Positions 1 through 13,029 of a stretch of 64,000 bases of DNA are shown piece after piece. Location: NCBI RefSeq assembly GCF_947568905.1, contig NC_079164.1, forward strand, positions 110,794,001-110,858,000, given 5' to 3'. Below the pieces are notes generated by a model. It saw only the letters and a program-made list of their open reading frames with translations. It searched no databases and was not told the origin of the DNA. How positions within the stretch are numbered: the stretch's first letter is position 1; each line of letters starts with the position of its first letter. Both the position numbers and the translations under genes were made by a program. Source of the DNA: Ostrea edulis (taxonomy: Eukaryota).

Positions 1-1156
1 TCCATTTACAAAGATCGTCAGTATTTTCCAGATGTTATCCGATTCTAAGAATTGCAATCTTAACAAACAAGTTATGTCAATATCCATCAAGTAATATCCC
101 TATTAGTAATGTAGATTATTTGTAAATTAGTTTTTTTTTTGTCATTGATGAATGACAATATTCATCAAAGCAGGTTTAGTTTTTTTATTTAGGAAATAGA
201 AGTTGCCACAGTTGGGGGGTCGAAAATGGAACTGAAAAAAACTTGCATTTTACTGTAAATACATAAAATATATGGCGAACATATACAATTCTAACCGAAC
301 AGAAAGCAATACATTGAAGAATGGGGCTGTATTGTTATTTAGACAGAAGATATTTCTCCTAGGGGGTGATTAAAATGCGTTAATTTGTCATTTGAAGAAC
401 ATCTAACCTGGACCTGTTTTCCGGGGGTTCTATCCCTGGTCAGTATTGTCAGGAGGAAATACTATGGGATTTTTTTTACTACAACGTTATCGACTTTGAA
501 TGTATTTGGAATAAACCTCATTCGAAGATTTTTCTTTTCATTTGAATTTAATGACAAATTATCTGGTCAAAGTGCATGTTATAATTATAATTACATGTTT
601 AGACACATTGTAAAACATGTTTTCTGTTCTGGCAACTTATGCAAATAATGCACTCGCCATGCAGTTTCCACTAGATATAATGATTCTGAATTATAAGTAA
701 TATTTAATTTCGCAATGTCATATTGAATTAGAAACAAAAACTTATCAAATGCTCAAACTTTTCCAATACATGCACCTCTAAAATAATTAGAAAGCAATCT
801 TTTTTCCAGAGAATGAAATAAATTTCAGATTAAGTAAGATTTTACAAGTATCATTATTCTCAATATTGTTACCTTTTTATCAATCAATGGGAAACATCCT
901 GGTTTAATAGTAGAAGTCTATAAAATTCCACAATTACACAATTTTCACATTATATGTAATTGTCTTTAAGTTGATATTGCCAATAACTTTAAATTCATCT
1001 GATGCATTTTCATACAGTATTGATCCCAAACCTTTTATCATAAGTCTTAGAATACTTTCATTTTGACTTTGGAAGTACAACACTCTTATGGAGAATAACG
1101 GTAAACGCGTAATACCATCGTTGCTATTTCAATTTCTGTTCTATCATATTTTGCAG

Positions 1157-1483
1157 GTCAAGATATAACGTTAACTCCACAGAGTCCTGCTACAGTTAGA
1201 GAGGGACAATCTTTAGTGCTGACATGTCAATCAGGCCAGACTAGTGGAGTATATCGGTTCTTTTATACCAACAGTGAGGGAAATAAAATTAGTTATGCTA
1301 CAGGAGGAGGAGGTTTTAAGTCATGTCTAAATAGCACTAATGATGCATTCCTAGAGTGTGATTTTGGGACTCCATGGAAATTCAAACTAACATTGCTTAA
1401 TCCTGTCCATAACCAGACTGTCTACTGTCAGAGGAGTTTTCAGGGTCGAGATGCTGATATAAGTTCCACCATCTTTGTACAAG
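1157..1483 (+). CDS. Ig-like (V/I-type) domain exon A of a nephrin/hemicentin-like multi-Ig gene
   Basis: ttttgcag acceptor ending 1156. Open frame QDITLTPQSPATVREGQSLVLTC...QTVYCQRSF...STIFVQ. CAAG|gtacta donor (weak). Phase 1-1, compatible with exon B. Confidence 0.8.
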
Positions 1484-1822
1484 GTACTAGTAAATCATAT
1501 CAATAACATCATGTAGATAAACCTTTTTATTGTTCGGATGTACATGTATCTTAATGAAAAGAAAAATCCAGAGTGGAATATTTTGAAATTACAAGCATAG
1601 TAAATTAACGCATTATTGTATTCCCTTAATGAGGATTTCTTCGAAAACTTCAACTTGACTTTGCTTTTAATTGTTTTCAAAATATATTTATCTATTTATA
1701 TTTGCAAAGTGACGAACAATCATGTTTTTGGGACTGTTATGATCTTGTAGTGAAATTCCGTTGATCAAGTTAATCATATGCAAATTAGATAATCAAGGTT
1801 GAATTATTCTTTTCTAATCATA

Positions 1823-2169
1823 TGTTATCTCCTGTGTTCGGACAATGTTCCAAACGTTAAGATGATCTAGATCTGACTCAGCAGATTTAGGGAAACTATA
1901 TAAAGAGGTCTTATTCAATATCGGTTGTTCATTCTGGAAGAAGTCGTCGTATAGTGAAGACGTGCTTGGAGGTAAGGTATTTATGACTACTCATTTGCGG
2001 TGTCTCAAATTGCTGAAGACGGACCATTTGGGTATCATAAATTCTTGCTGAATAAAAAGGAGCAAAGTGTATTAATAGGGTGTTTGAAACCCAGTGTTTA
2101 GAAATAGGTCTGGGAGCTAAGGCTCAAATGTAAGTTTCAGACCTAGGCTCAAAGCACAGAGAGATAACA
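1823..2169 (+). mobile_element. Solo-LTR-like sequence
   Basis: TG...CA ends with a 9-bp terminal inverted repeat (TGTTATCTC/GAGATAACA). TATATAAAG at 1897, GAG|GTAAGG donor at 1972, AATAAA at 2051. No TSD match found. Confidence 0.5.
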
Positions 2170-3622
2170 GAGAAAAACCAGATAAATATAGAAGATCAGT
2201 TTAAATCATTGTGTTGTTGATTATTATTGATTCTGTTCTATTATTTTATTTAAATCCAATCAGTAGAATACGCCAAGTAGAGTAAGGAAAATTATATATA
2301 TATCTACTTCATTCGTGGTCGAACCTACAAAACACATTACAATCTTTTACAATTTCCAACAAGTATTCAATAATCACAAATGCATTTCTAAAACCACTGT
2401 CCCCAACGCTGAATTTGTACTAATTAACATTTCAATCCTGTACCCGTGTTCTTCTAGTGATGTCAAATGGCTGGACAGTAACATATGACAATCAACACCA
2501 CTTTATCCCCCAATATTCCTAGTTAATGTTCCGCGGTCTTAGTTCGATGAACATAAATCAAGATTTGCAAACACCGGAAATATTTGCATCAGCTTTGTAA
2601 TAGTGCTGATAACTTTCATAGAAAAATAACATGTTGACTTTAAGCGTGTTCGTCAAGACTGATGCATCGATAATATTTGAACAGTCTACTAGTGCATGAA
2701 AGTTTTATAGATATGACATGCATTCATTTGACACGGTTACTTAGCACTCTTAGTATTAATAGGCCTCAACAGCAGCAACATTTCCTAAATACATATCTAA
2801 ATATATTATGTCTATTTTCTTTCTAAACTTAACCCCCTTCCCCACAATCACACACTTTAACGCACTTTCAATGAGCATTTGTTTTTACTGCGTTTTATCG
2901 TTGATGCAGCGAAAAGTGTTAATTTTTTTGAATATCTTGGGTTGTAAGACAAAATAGTGATCAAATGAGCGATTTGCCAGATTTATTTGATAGTTCCAAC
3001 AGTAGCAAAGATGCATTACTGCAACGCAGCTTCATTGTTTACCGACGGGAAAATCTAACGCGGTATTGTAGAGGAATTTTTCATCTTTGGTTTTATTATT
3101 TTATTTTATTATTTCAATTCATTATATTTCTACAGGGTTATGAAGATTACTGATTGTCAGGAAGATGATCATTTTATTTTAAAGTTGCATCAGAAAGAGG
3201 GGGGGGGGGTACTAAAATCCATCATGAATTACATAATGAATTTCGTGGTATGCATAAGTTATGTATATCAAACAAAGTATACAAAATAGGGGAAATATTT
3301 TTTATATGTATAAGATCTTTTAGACTGTAGTAGTATAGGGTATTATATATCTGAAACACTCTTAATCGTATACATTGTGTCTGATGCACAGGAAAACATA
3401 AGACAATTTGATTTTCACGATTAAAAAATATGTTTAGTTGGTTAGTTGTATATTGTTTAATGTCCCTCTTGCGAATGTTTCACTGATATGGAGACGGTCA
3501 AAAAAGTATGTTTAGACTATGTATTCATATGTATGTCTTTAAAGGTTTGTCCTTAATACTGGGGAATCTTAAAGACATTCAAATGACAAATACCTGATAA
3601 TAGTTTATATAGGGATAAAGGT

Positions 3623-3755
3623 CTGGACCCAGTTGCACAAAAGTTAGTTAACTTTAACTGACAGTTAACTTACCATTAACTTGAACATGTATATAGTGTT
3701 AACTTGACATTAACTATCAGTTAAACTGAACTAACTTTTGTGCAACTGGCCCCAG
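3623..3755. mobile_element. Palindromic MITE, PIF/Harbinger-like termini
   Basis: CTGGACCCAGTTGCACAAAAGTTAGTT ... AACTAACTTTTGTGCAACTGGCCCCAG: 27-bp inverted ends with 2 mismatches, and the interior is also self-complementary. Confidence 0.75.
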
Positions 3756-4575
3756 TTTTACATGTACGTCACGAGTGTTTAAAAATAGCAGTGTGTTTTA
3801 CAAATGAACTTACGACTTATGACCAACTTAACATGATGGAATTTTCCGGGTTTTTCGTAAGATCATACGCTCCAAATGCAAAATATTTTCTTTTTAAATG
3901 TTGAAAATTAAAGCCTCAGAAAAGCTTTACTTCATTCATTTAAACTAATAACTGTGCAATACAATTTAAGACTTGCGACTTTGTCACAAGTTGTTTTGTA
4001 AAACGGGCCCCTGGTACGGAGATCCGATTAGGAAAAGTTGCCGCTTCTATGCAACACCTTTTTAAAGGTTCATACTAGTTACACATTGCATTTGACATGT
4101 AGTGTATTTATATAAACACAAAGATTGTCGTGAACTCTAATATAGTGATGTTTTGTACTTTAAATCAAATATTTCTTCACTTAGGACATTTATTTTTATC
4201 TAAGTGTTTATTGTAGCCTGTGCGCCAAAATAACTCACCGCGTTTATTTAGAATATTTATCAAGACTTGCCTAAATACCTACCTGGTATCTCTAAAAAAT
4301 CACGTTACATAGATCGATGCTGCCATCTTCATGGTAACAAGGAACAAAATCATAAATTTCAATGATTCAATGAGTAGTTACGTGGTAATAACATCGGTCA
4401 AAATAAAACAACAGATGTACAAGTATCTCGTCAAGTGGTGGTAGGTACTATAGATGAAACGATCATTTGAAATGAAATTACTTATAGTGCTTTGAGTGTG
4501 AACACTATATTGTTAAAATGTAATAATAATAGTACTGGTAGTAGTGATGATTATTGTAAAACGTTATTATTTCAG

Positions 4576-4881
4576 TGCCCGTCAGTAGTATCACACTGTC
4601 ACCATCGTCCAGTGTAGAGGTCATTGAAGGAACGTCCTTCACCTTCAGCTGTGTATCAAAAGCTGCCAGACCAGCAGCAAACATAACGTGGTACAAAGAC
4701 GGCGTGGTCGTGAGTGAAAGTTCATCGAGTACTTCAACGAATAACCTGTTGTACGATGTGACCAGTAATCTTACGTCATCCTATCAAAGAACGGATAATG
4801 GGAGGAGGTTACATTGTACTGCAGTCAACATAAATGGAGATACACCAAAACAGTCATCCCAAGCTCAACTAAATGTTATAT
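4576..4881 (+). CDS. Ig C2-set (CD80-like) domain exon B
   Basis: tttcag acceptor. PVSSITLSP...FSCVSKAARPAANITWYK...DNGRRLHCTAVN...AQLNVI. T|gtaagt donor. 306 bp, phase 1-1. The C...P.A.I.W...D.G..L.C pattern is typical of nephrin/Kirre C2 domains. Confidence 0.9.
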
Positions 4882-5349
4882 GTAAGTATATATGTGGGGC
4901 GTTTTAACAACACCCATATTTGTGTGAAATTTAGATATGTATATGGGCAAAGAACAGTACTCTAAAACTTACATTTTGATTGATTGATGGGTTTCAACAA
5001 TATCAAAAAGGGCTTGCAAGATATTTCGATCAGGGTAAATCGCATTAGCGAGTAAGTTTTGAATTAAAAAAAAAATAGAATATCCATCCTGTTCTAAATG
5101 AAGTTCACATATCATAGTAAAGTTAACTTTTATCCTATATCATTGCGTTTCTTTTGAAAAATGAATCTTATTTATTACAATGCTCTTCCAATCAGTGGAA
5201 TTCCGGTAAGTAAAAATCTGATTTATAAACATTATAGGATATGCTCGTGAATAGTCTTGATTTTTTCTTGATATGTGAAATTTAATTCAATTGAGAAATT
5301 CGTATATTGTTTACACAAGCCTTAAATTCATGTAAAAATAAAGCAATTT

Positions 5350-5490
5350 TCAATCCGGGAATCATGCCAAGCCTAAGACGTTTAAACCATGGAGCGACTG
5401 TTTCTTCACCAAGTGCCCGACATTGAAAGCAAATGAAAGTCATGGGTCCTTTCGGATATGACCATAAAAACGGAGGTCCCATTTTTTAGG
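5350..5490 (+). mobile_element. SINE fragment (same family as 7850-8130 and 8763-9040)
   Basis: GGTCCTTTCGGATATGACCATAAAAACGGAGGTCCC resembles the central region of the other copies. Confidence 0.5.
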
Positions 5491-5539
5491 TTATCCGCGC
5501 CTATGGAACGCCGTTACTGCCTTACAGTGTAAATTAACC

Positions 5540-5623
5540 TTACGTTATGTGGTTACATCATTACGTTATGTGGTTACATCATTACATTATGTCGATAAAT
5601 CGTTACGTTATGTCGATATAATT
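5540..5623. repeat. 21-bp minisatellite, ~4 units
   Basis: TTACGTTATGTGGTTACATCA x2 exact, followed by two diverged units. Confidence 0.85.
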
Positions 5624-7547
5624 TTATATTTCCATATCCACTGTCTTCTCCCACTATAACCTTGTCCTCACCAGTTGCATTTATTTTTCTATAATTTAGT
5701 TTTACTTGTAACACGGAATTTGATTGGCTGAACACACTGGAAAAAAAAGTGTATATTGTATGATGTAACTTGGTATAGGGATACGGCCCCTTCACAATCC
5801 AAAACGGCACTGTCTTTTATTTGAAAATTCATATCGTAGGCATTCTATGAAATAGAAAATCAAGAGAACAAACCGTGCCGAATAAAATACTTTTTTCTCG
5901 ATGTTCAACAAGACGTACATAGTTTTTTCACATATAATTACACAAAACAACAACAGTAAAAACTCGTAGGATACTAATTCTGATACAACGATATCATTTG
6001 CAGAATAATGGTATAAGTACTTGCAACTTTGCTGTTTCATTATAAAATATAAGATATATTTTCACTTTGGGGATTGCTTGATCAGCCTATCAAAGCATAT
6101 AATGCGTCATGTATTACAAAATGTACATATTCCAGATGATGTCACGTGACATCTGGATCGCATTCTGTGAATTGTTTATATTTTTCAGTGTCTGATTTAA
6201 TAGGCGACAATTCTGCATAAGTAATGGTAATGGTAAGTTCTAATTTAGTTTAAAACTTATATAAAGTAAGGAAACCGCAATTTATGAAGCATTTTCTGAT
6301 GCATGACGTATTTTGTGTGATGTCGGCTTTAGGTTTATAAAAATAAAAATAAACAACTCTCCGATACTTTATGTTGGATCGTCTCAAAACTCGATCTTGC
6401 GCTGCGCAGTAAACACTAAACCTACATAGGTAGCTCACACATATCTTCTATATCAGGATTCGTTGAAAACATCAACTTGCATTTAAAGTACATGCTCCAG
6501 TTTTGCATAGATGGCGGTTTTCTCGTTCGACGCTTCCTCAGTCTGTTGATAAGTGAATCCTTGCGCAATGCAAGTTATTTCTATTTCTCAGTGATAGTTT
6601 ACTTTTTTGTATAAATGAAGACTTGTACAGTGTATTTTTGACTTTTTGCATCAAATTATAAGGAATGAAGCTAATTTTGAAGCGAATCGGATTAAAAGAA
6701 GCGTTAACAATTTACATTATATCGTATAACATAGGTCAAAATTAGATCCATTCCTTAAATAATCGTAATTGCTTTGGCTGTAACCGCAATTGTTACTCAG
6801 AACTTGCTCTGAGAGAACACTTCAATTATATGTGTATTTTAAAGACTATATATAGTTAATATTGTCAAAATGATTAAAATGTAGTGATCAGCAAAAATAT
6901 TAAAAAATTAAAATAATTGAAATGTGATTACTTTATTTTCATTATTTTTTTAAGTCGATTATAAACATCGTACATAATTGTATAATAAAACGATTACAGA
7001 TAAAACAGAGGTGTCCGAATTCTATATGCATCTGTAAATGCCTCAATGTACAAGGAAAGACAACTCTTCATATACCAGAAGGTTAAGAGTGCGCGATTAC
7101 CAGAGAATTTGCCTCAAATCCCAATTCGTTCATATCGACCATGGACAGCTCAAAAATGCTGTTCAATTCTTATATTTATATTTATTTACTAAATCACCGT
7201 TTGTTTATTGCTTAGAACTATAAATCGTAAAATATTTTGTTTCATAAAACGAACTCGGTGACAGTCGTATTTTGATGTGCTTCGAAACATAGACACGACG
7301 TCACACTTCGTCTTACCCTGCCTTTTATCAACATTGTACGGTGTACTGTATTTTTGAGCTAGGAGACCACTAGATTGGGATGATAATGTACGTACGTTCA
7401 CAATCTTAATCCGAGGTGTGACTTGGCGAGATCTTTGTCACATATGCTGTATTTTTTTTTTAAAAATCATTACGCTCACTCAGTCTCGTGCTTTAAACTA
7501 GTCTAGTTAATATTCCACTTAGAGTCAATATGAACGGATTGTGTCGC

Positions 7548-7822
7548 GTATGGCATGTCAAAAGTTGCAATATTTGATGTTTTTCATTTGTATTGTATAA
7601 TTTTCCATTTGTATTCTATATTTTCCATTTGTATTGTATAATGTTCCATTTGCATTCTATATTTTCCATTTGCATTGCATAATTTTTCATTTGTATTGTA
7701 TAATTTCCATTTGTATTGTATAATTTTTCTTTTGTATTGTATATTTTCCATTTCTATTCTATAATTTTTCATTTGTATTGTATCCAAGGGATTGTCTATT
7801 TTGATTTCTTACGAAGGATTTA
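7548..7822 (+). repeat. ~21-bp tandem array with unique flanks (left copy)
   Basis: GTATGGCATGTCAAAAGTTGCAATATTTGA followed by (CATTTGTATTGTATAATTTTC)n. Inverted homolog at 9050-9370. Confidence 0.85.
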
Positions 7823-7849
7823 ATTACTTAACGTTGTTTTGAGAATTGT

Positions 7850-8130
7850 TTACTGCTGTAGATGTGCTTAGCGTACAGGGCCGTAGCAATGCGGATTCTT
7901 TACCGTGCCAACACCTGCCACAACACAGGATATCTGTTTTTAAGGCCATTTCGGAAAGACCAGTGATTCTCACTTTTAGATACCGAGTGTTTGGCAAAAG
8001 AGAGATCACTACCTATGTTTATGTCTTATTAGGTTTGATGCGGTAATGGCAGGAGCGGGGCTCGAACTCAATATCTCCCGTCCACAAGTCCACAAACCTA
8101 ACAATATATTACTGAGCTACCGCAACCAGG
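7850..8130 (-). mobile_element. tRNA-derived SINE (Meta-type core)
   Basis: On -: A-box GCGGTAGCTCAGT (8111-8123), B-box GAGTTCGAGCCCC (8057-8069), core GGTGTTGGCACGGTAAAGAATCC. Confidence 0.75.
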
Positions 8131-8762
8131 TCCATGCAGAATCCAGCTCCCCTCCCTCAACATGATTTATTTTTATTGAACTGTCCAGAAAAGCATGCAC
8201 ATTTCATTTAGTCAGAATTTAGTAGATTCGGGAGACTTTGACCCTTGGGTTTAACATCGAGCTTGGTTTGTTACAACTATTCATTGGATTAATCTTGAGT
8301 TATCGTTTATCGAATTTGGTAATGTGTGAGATGTTGAAGAGGTCAAGTTCAGGAACCACGTTTAACAGGAATGTACCGTAGTTGCTCAATGCAATGGCGT
8401 GACACCCCCGTCCCCTCAATTAATTGCTTTTATGCGCCTATTGTGATCATCACGTTCAAACTAGTCCCAGGCCGATCTAGATAATTCTGAATGAAAGGAT
8501 GCAGTAAACTGCTGGATGTCTGAGGACTGTCTTAAGATCCCTAGTGACTTCAGGGCAAAGCCTTGGTGGGTGGATGCAGGTGGAGGGCGAAGTCCACTGA
8601 AAAAAAGTGCGTTCTGACAAAATAAAACGTACATTCATGTTTTTGTCGACATTTCTATACAAAATAAACAAACTATCATATTTGTGAAGGGAGTGGGGTC
8701 ACCCGGCAAGATTCGTCATTGCTAGCTACATACATGTATGTTCAACTAGTCCTATATGGAAC

Positions 8763-9040
8763 CGGTCGCGGTAGTTCAGTGATATACCCTTTGGTATGTA
8801 GCCGTGAGGTCGCATGTTCGAGTTCTGCTCGTGTCGTGGCAGCATCACGCCTTAAACATAAATATAGCTAATACTTCGCCAAACGCATAGCTATTTAAAA
8901 GTGAGAATCGCCGTAAATTAATGTGATCTTAAAAGCAGTTGCTACTGGCGTTGGCACGTTAAAGAACTCCCACTGCTACGCCACTGTGCGTCTATTTGTG
9001 GTACGTCACCGGCCTACAGCTGTTGACGGCTAAATATAAG
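8763..9040 (+). mobile_element. tRNA-derived SINE (Meta-type core)
   Basis: A-box GCGGTAGTTCAGTG at 8768, B-box GTTCGAGTTC at 8816, core GGCGTTGGCACGTTAAAGAACTCCCACTGCT. Confidence 0.75.
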
Positions 9041-9049
9041 TGGGACCTA

Positions 9050-9370
9050 AACTAAATTCCTAACAACTTCAAAATAAATAATCCCTCGGATACAATACAA
9101 ATGAAAAATTTTGCAATGCAAATGGAAATTATACAATGCAAACGAAAAAATTATATAATTCAAATGGAAAATATAGAATGCAAATGGTAAATTATACAAT
9201 ATGAATAGAGAATATAGAATACAAATGAAAAAAAAATTGACAATGCAAATGGAAATTATAGAATGCAAATGAAAACTTATACAATGCAAATAAAAAATAT
9301 ATAATACAAATGGAAAGTGATACAATACAAATGGAAAAAATCAAATATTGCAACGTTTGACATGCCATAC
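9050..9370 (-). repeat. ~21-bp tandem array with unique flanks (right, inverted copy)
   Basis: Reverse complement of 7548-7822. Ends ...ATATTGCAACGTTTGACATGCCATAC. Confidence 0.85.
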
Positions 9371-9477
9371 TGTTGACTGAATAATGCTGTTTATCTCTTA
9401 AATGTTATGTGGTTACATTATTTTGTTTTGTGCAAACACCATTATGCTATGATAAACTTTCAAGTGATGGAGATTGA

Positions 9478-9626
9478 CGTGACCGGTCGACAGGGGATGC
9501 TTACTCCTGCTAGGCAACTGATCCCACCTCTGTTATATCCAGGGGTCCGTGTTTAGCCAAAGCTCTATTTTATATTGTTTCTACGAGTTATGATATTGAT
9601 CACTGTTCGTTATCTTCACCTTTCAT
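9478..9626 (+). mobile_element. Penelope-like element 3' end
   Basis: GTGACCGGTCGACAGGGGATGCTTACTCCT...GATCACTGTTCGTTATCTTCACCTTTCAT, the same sequence that follows the RT ORF at 30375-30596. Confidence 0.8.
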
Positions 9627-10704
9627 GCAAATGCATATGTGATTGGGATCGTATTCGGTTGCCCGAGCCTTACAATGTTATAAAAATAATGAATGCAACA
9701 TATACAGATTTGCCATACACTTGTCTATTGTGATAGATTAAAGACTTACAAATGATATTAACAAAAAATGTTTAGCAACTTGTCCTACTAATTGGCCACT
9801 TGACTAGATGGAGGCTTGCTCACTCGGCATTTGGTTATTCATAACTCGGTATAGAGTGAGAAAATTGGTCACTTGCCACTTATCAAGCGTACCCTTGTCA
9901 CACAGTGCACACATTGGTCACTGGTTGCTTCTCTCTAAGTGAGCACATTGGTCACTTGTTCACCATATACATGCTTTATGTCACCTGATATATACATATA
10001 CACTGCATGTTTTTTTTATATCTGTGCTTTCGGTATTTATTAATTAAATAAGCTACATTATTTCTACTACCTATTGACAATAAACACTTATGCTAATCAG
10101 CTATTCATCCATCATGTCTAACGATCCTTTGTTCACACAACTGGGAGACTTTCATGGCGTATGTGATACATGGGTACCTTACTGCTATTTTAACATCTAA
10201 ATCATAACACTTGTTGCAGTGTTCAAATGACAATCGATACCGTAGTTTATACAAAAGAAATTTAGCATACTCGTGCTCATAATAATGCAAACAAACTATT
10301 CATTTTATTTTGATACATACAACAGTTTTTCTTCTATAATCCTCTAATCAAGGAATCTGTTGATTATAAATATCTACACTGATTTCTTCAATTCTCAAAT
10401 TCAACAAAGGGACGTAGCTCTCGACCGTTTCAGACACTTCAATGATATATCTAAACGCTCAACAGCCGAGAAGAATTTACAAATTTAATGAAAATACAAG
10501 TACAAAGTTGTTTTTTATATACAAATATGCATTTTAATGTGCATTTATAGATATATAAATGTGCATGCATCTGCAAAATACCAGATCATAGTCTAAAGTA
10601 TTTCTGATTTTTGGCGTTTTTTATGTTTATACGATATATCAGTCCTGTTTATTTATTCTTTAAAATGCATTCTAAACTCATGTAAATCGCTTCATACAAT
10701 ACAC

Positions 10705-11060
10705 TGGAGTGGTGGCTGATTTGTACCACTTTGCAATTTGTCATCTTGTCGTTATTTCGAGGTGAAAAGACGACAAAACGAAAAGACGACGAACGATAAT
10801 TAGCAACTTTTTGTCCTGAATTAACAGGAAGTCGAAAAGACGACAAAACGAAAAGTCAAAAAGACGACAAATAACAGGCGAAAAGAGAAAAAATAAAACC
10901 TGCATAATTAGCAACTTTACTTGTTGTCTTTTCGCTTGGCGTTTTGTCGTCTTTTCGAGGCGAAAAGACGACAAAAACGAAAAGTCGACAAAACGATAAT
11001 TAGCGACTTTTCGCCTCGAAATAACAAAAAGTCGAAAAAACGAAACAACAATATAGATTT
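10705..11060. repeat. Degenerate MITE-like repeat with internal GAAAAGACGACAA units in both orientations
   Basis: Shares TGGTGGCT(G/A)ATTTG and TTGTCTTTTCG motifs with the TIR element at 17673-17882. Confidence 0.6.
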
Positions 11061-11208
11061 TCCCGTTATTTCGCTATCTCATTTTCTAGGAATTCAATAT
11101 CAAATTTGCTGCGATTTCGATCATTATTAATTACATTTACGAAAAGGAAACATCTAAAATTAAAATATAGTTCTTATGTACTTGTATTCTAGTGAAGATT
11201 TTTTTGTA

Positions 11209-11810
11209 AATGTTACATCAGGCATGTTAGATTGGAGATGGGGTTGGGTAGGGGCCCTGGTCTCTCCCCTTTTTACAATTTACCTTTCCCGTTTTTGCAT
11301 ACAAATCTCATATATTCTACATGCAAAGATCGACTGATTTGCCCCTCTCCCCTCCTCCTCTCATTTTTAAAGTAATAGTGAAGGTGGTAGATGCTGGAAG
11401 TGATGAATTGAAGAATACGTGCAATGAACTACCCACCCACACCCACCTCCTCCTACGATGTATAGGATATTGAAATTTGGACAGAGGTAACCAAATTTCA
11501 TTTTTTCTTACTTGTCAAGAATTTCATCGCAAGTGTGAAGTGAACTCCGGCTTCCCCCGTCCCTACTTCGTAGGAGGAAGGGGGGTGTTTCGTTCAGTGC
11601 ACGTATTCTTCAATTTAGCACTTCCAACATCAACTACCTTTCTCTACTAATTTGAAAAATGAAAAGGGGGGGGGGCGCAAATCAATCAAACTTGTAAAAA
11701 AAATATGAGGTATGTATGCAAGAATAACGTGGAAAGTAAATTTTAAAAAGATAAGAGACCAGGGCCCCTGCCCACCCCAACCTCCAATTCAACATGCCTG
11801 ATGTAACATT
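11209..11810. mobile_element. ~600-bp foldback MITE
   Basis: ~55-bp outer inverted repeats (AATGTTACATCAGGCATGTT...GGGGCCCTGGTCTCT / AGAGACCAGGGCCCC...AACATGCCTGATGTAACATT). Second inner inverted pair at 11380-11460 / 11560-11640. Confidence 0.8.
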
Positions 11811-12682
11811 AACAAAAAAAAAAGATTTCTTCAGTAGAATACAAGTACATAAGAACTATAATTTAATTCTAGATGTTTCTCTTTTTTTTTTTATATAAAT
11901 GTAATTAATATATGTATGATATAAAATTGTGCTTGTTTGTGAAAAGACGGGCTAGAACTGATAACTTGTGTCAAACGAGCACCCCTCAAAAACAAACTTT
12001 TCACCACGTGTTATATTGTAGGAGTTATGAGATTGATCACTGTTCGTTATTTTCACCTTTCATAAATACAACCCATTGGGCCATTTATTTACGAATCCAA
12101 ATGAGAACCATTTTTCGCTAATCTTTGTACCGCGGAAAATATAGCTTGGTGGTTGATTTTTATGTTTGTAGATGTATATATCTCTGATAAAGCTTTTGTC
12201 GATATTTTCAGCATTAGGATCACACTGTTGCTAAATCTAAAATAGTGATTAATTCAGATCAGATTTCTTATCGTGTACATGTCGCCAGAGTAGAGTATCA
12301 CTGGTGTTCCTCTTCTTTTTAAAGATAAAAAATCGTGAAGAGAATTCAAAACATTAACTACAGTTCAATGTACTTATATCTTTTTATATTGTAAAACTCA
12401 ATCGTTTCATTTGCTCGGTAAGCTGTATGACAACTCTTTGTACTAATGTGACCTCAATATTTTAGATGTTTCTCATTTCCCTGGCATATTTTCATCTTTT
12501 CTCCATTATCAAATTTTCATGATTTTAGATTCATTTCTTTTGTCTTTTGTCTGTGTGGTTTTATATTTTGTTCTCTTTTTTTTTTAGTTTTCTATATAAC
12601 TTTTCCTTATAATTCGCTTTATTTTATCCCTCCTTTCAATCCTCCAAAAAATTTGAAATATAAAGCAAGAAGATGAAAATAG

Positions 12683-12853
12683 TGTCATATACAACACATG
12701 TATCCGGGAAACATGTTTATTGAATCATACTCATTAGGATGCTTATCATAATAATCATCATGTATATTATTAAACGCTTGACTAACATAGATTACGTAGT
12801 AGGTAATTTGCACTATGATTATGATAGATAACTTGTACTTTAAATATGTCACA
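12683..12853 (-). mobile_element. Ty3/Gypsy 3' LTR
   Basis: On -: PPT GAAAGAAATGGAGA (12854-12867) directly followed by TGTGACATAT...ATATGACA, with an internal AATAAA. Lies downstream of the integrase region. Confidence 0.75.
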
Positions 12854-13029
12854 TCTCCATTTCTTTCAAGATAAATGTTCAATTACCAACTGATAATGAA
12901 AACAACAAATGTTTGACTTGTCATTTGTAATAATGAATTCAAGATGTAAATATTTAACAGTTAATATTATTGATCACCAAGGAATCCTCCAGAATGAATT
13001 GGAATAGCTCTTTCTGAGCCACTAAAATA

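Noticed and set aside
6485-6842. TTAA-bounded Kolobok-like non-autonomous element
   Set aside because: Only ~9 bp of imperfect terminal complementarity, which is insufficient without family alignment.
8763-8840. Functional tRNA gene (also 8057-8130)
   Set aside because: A and B boxes are present, but there is no convincing cloverleaf and the sequence continues into a SINE core.
7584-9325. ORFs 7584-7787 and 9047-9325
   Set aside because: They are translations of the 21-bp tandem arrays (7-aa periodicity).
12685-12882. 65-aa ORF
   Set aside because: It overlaps the Gypsy LTR/PPT and has no protein motif.
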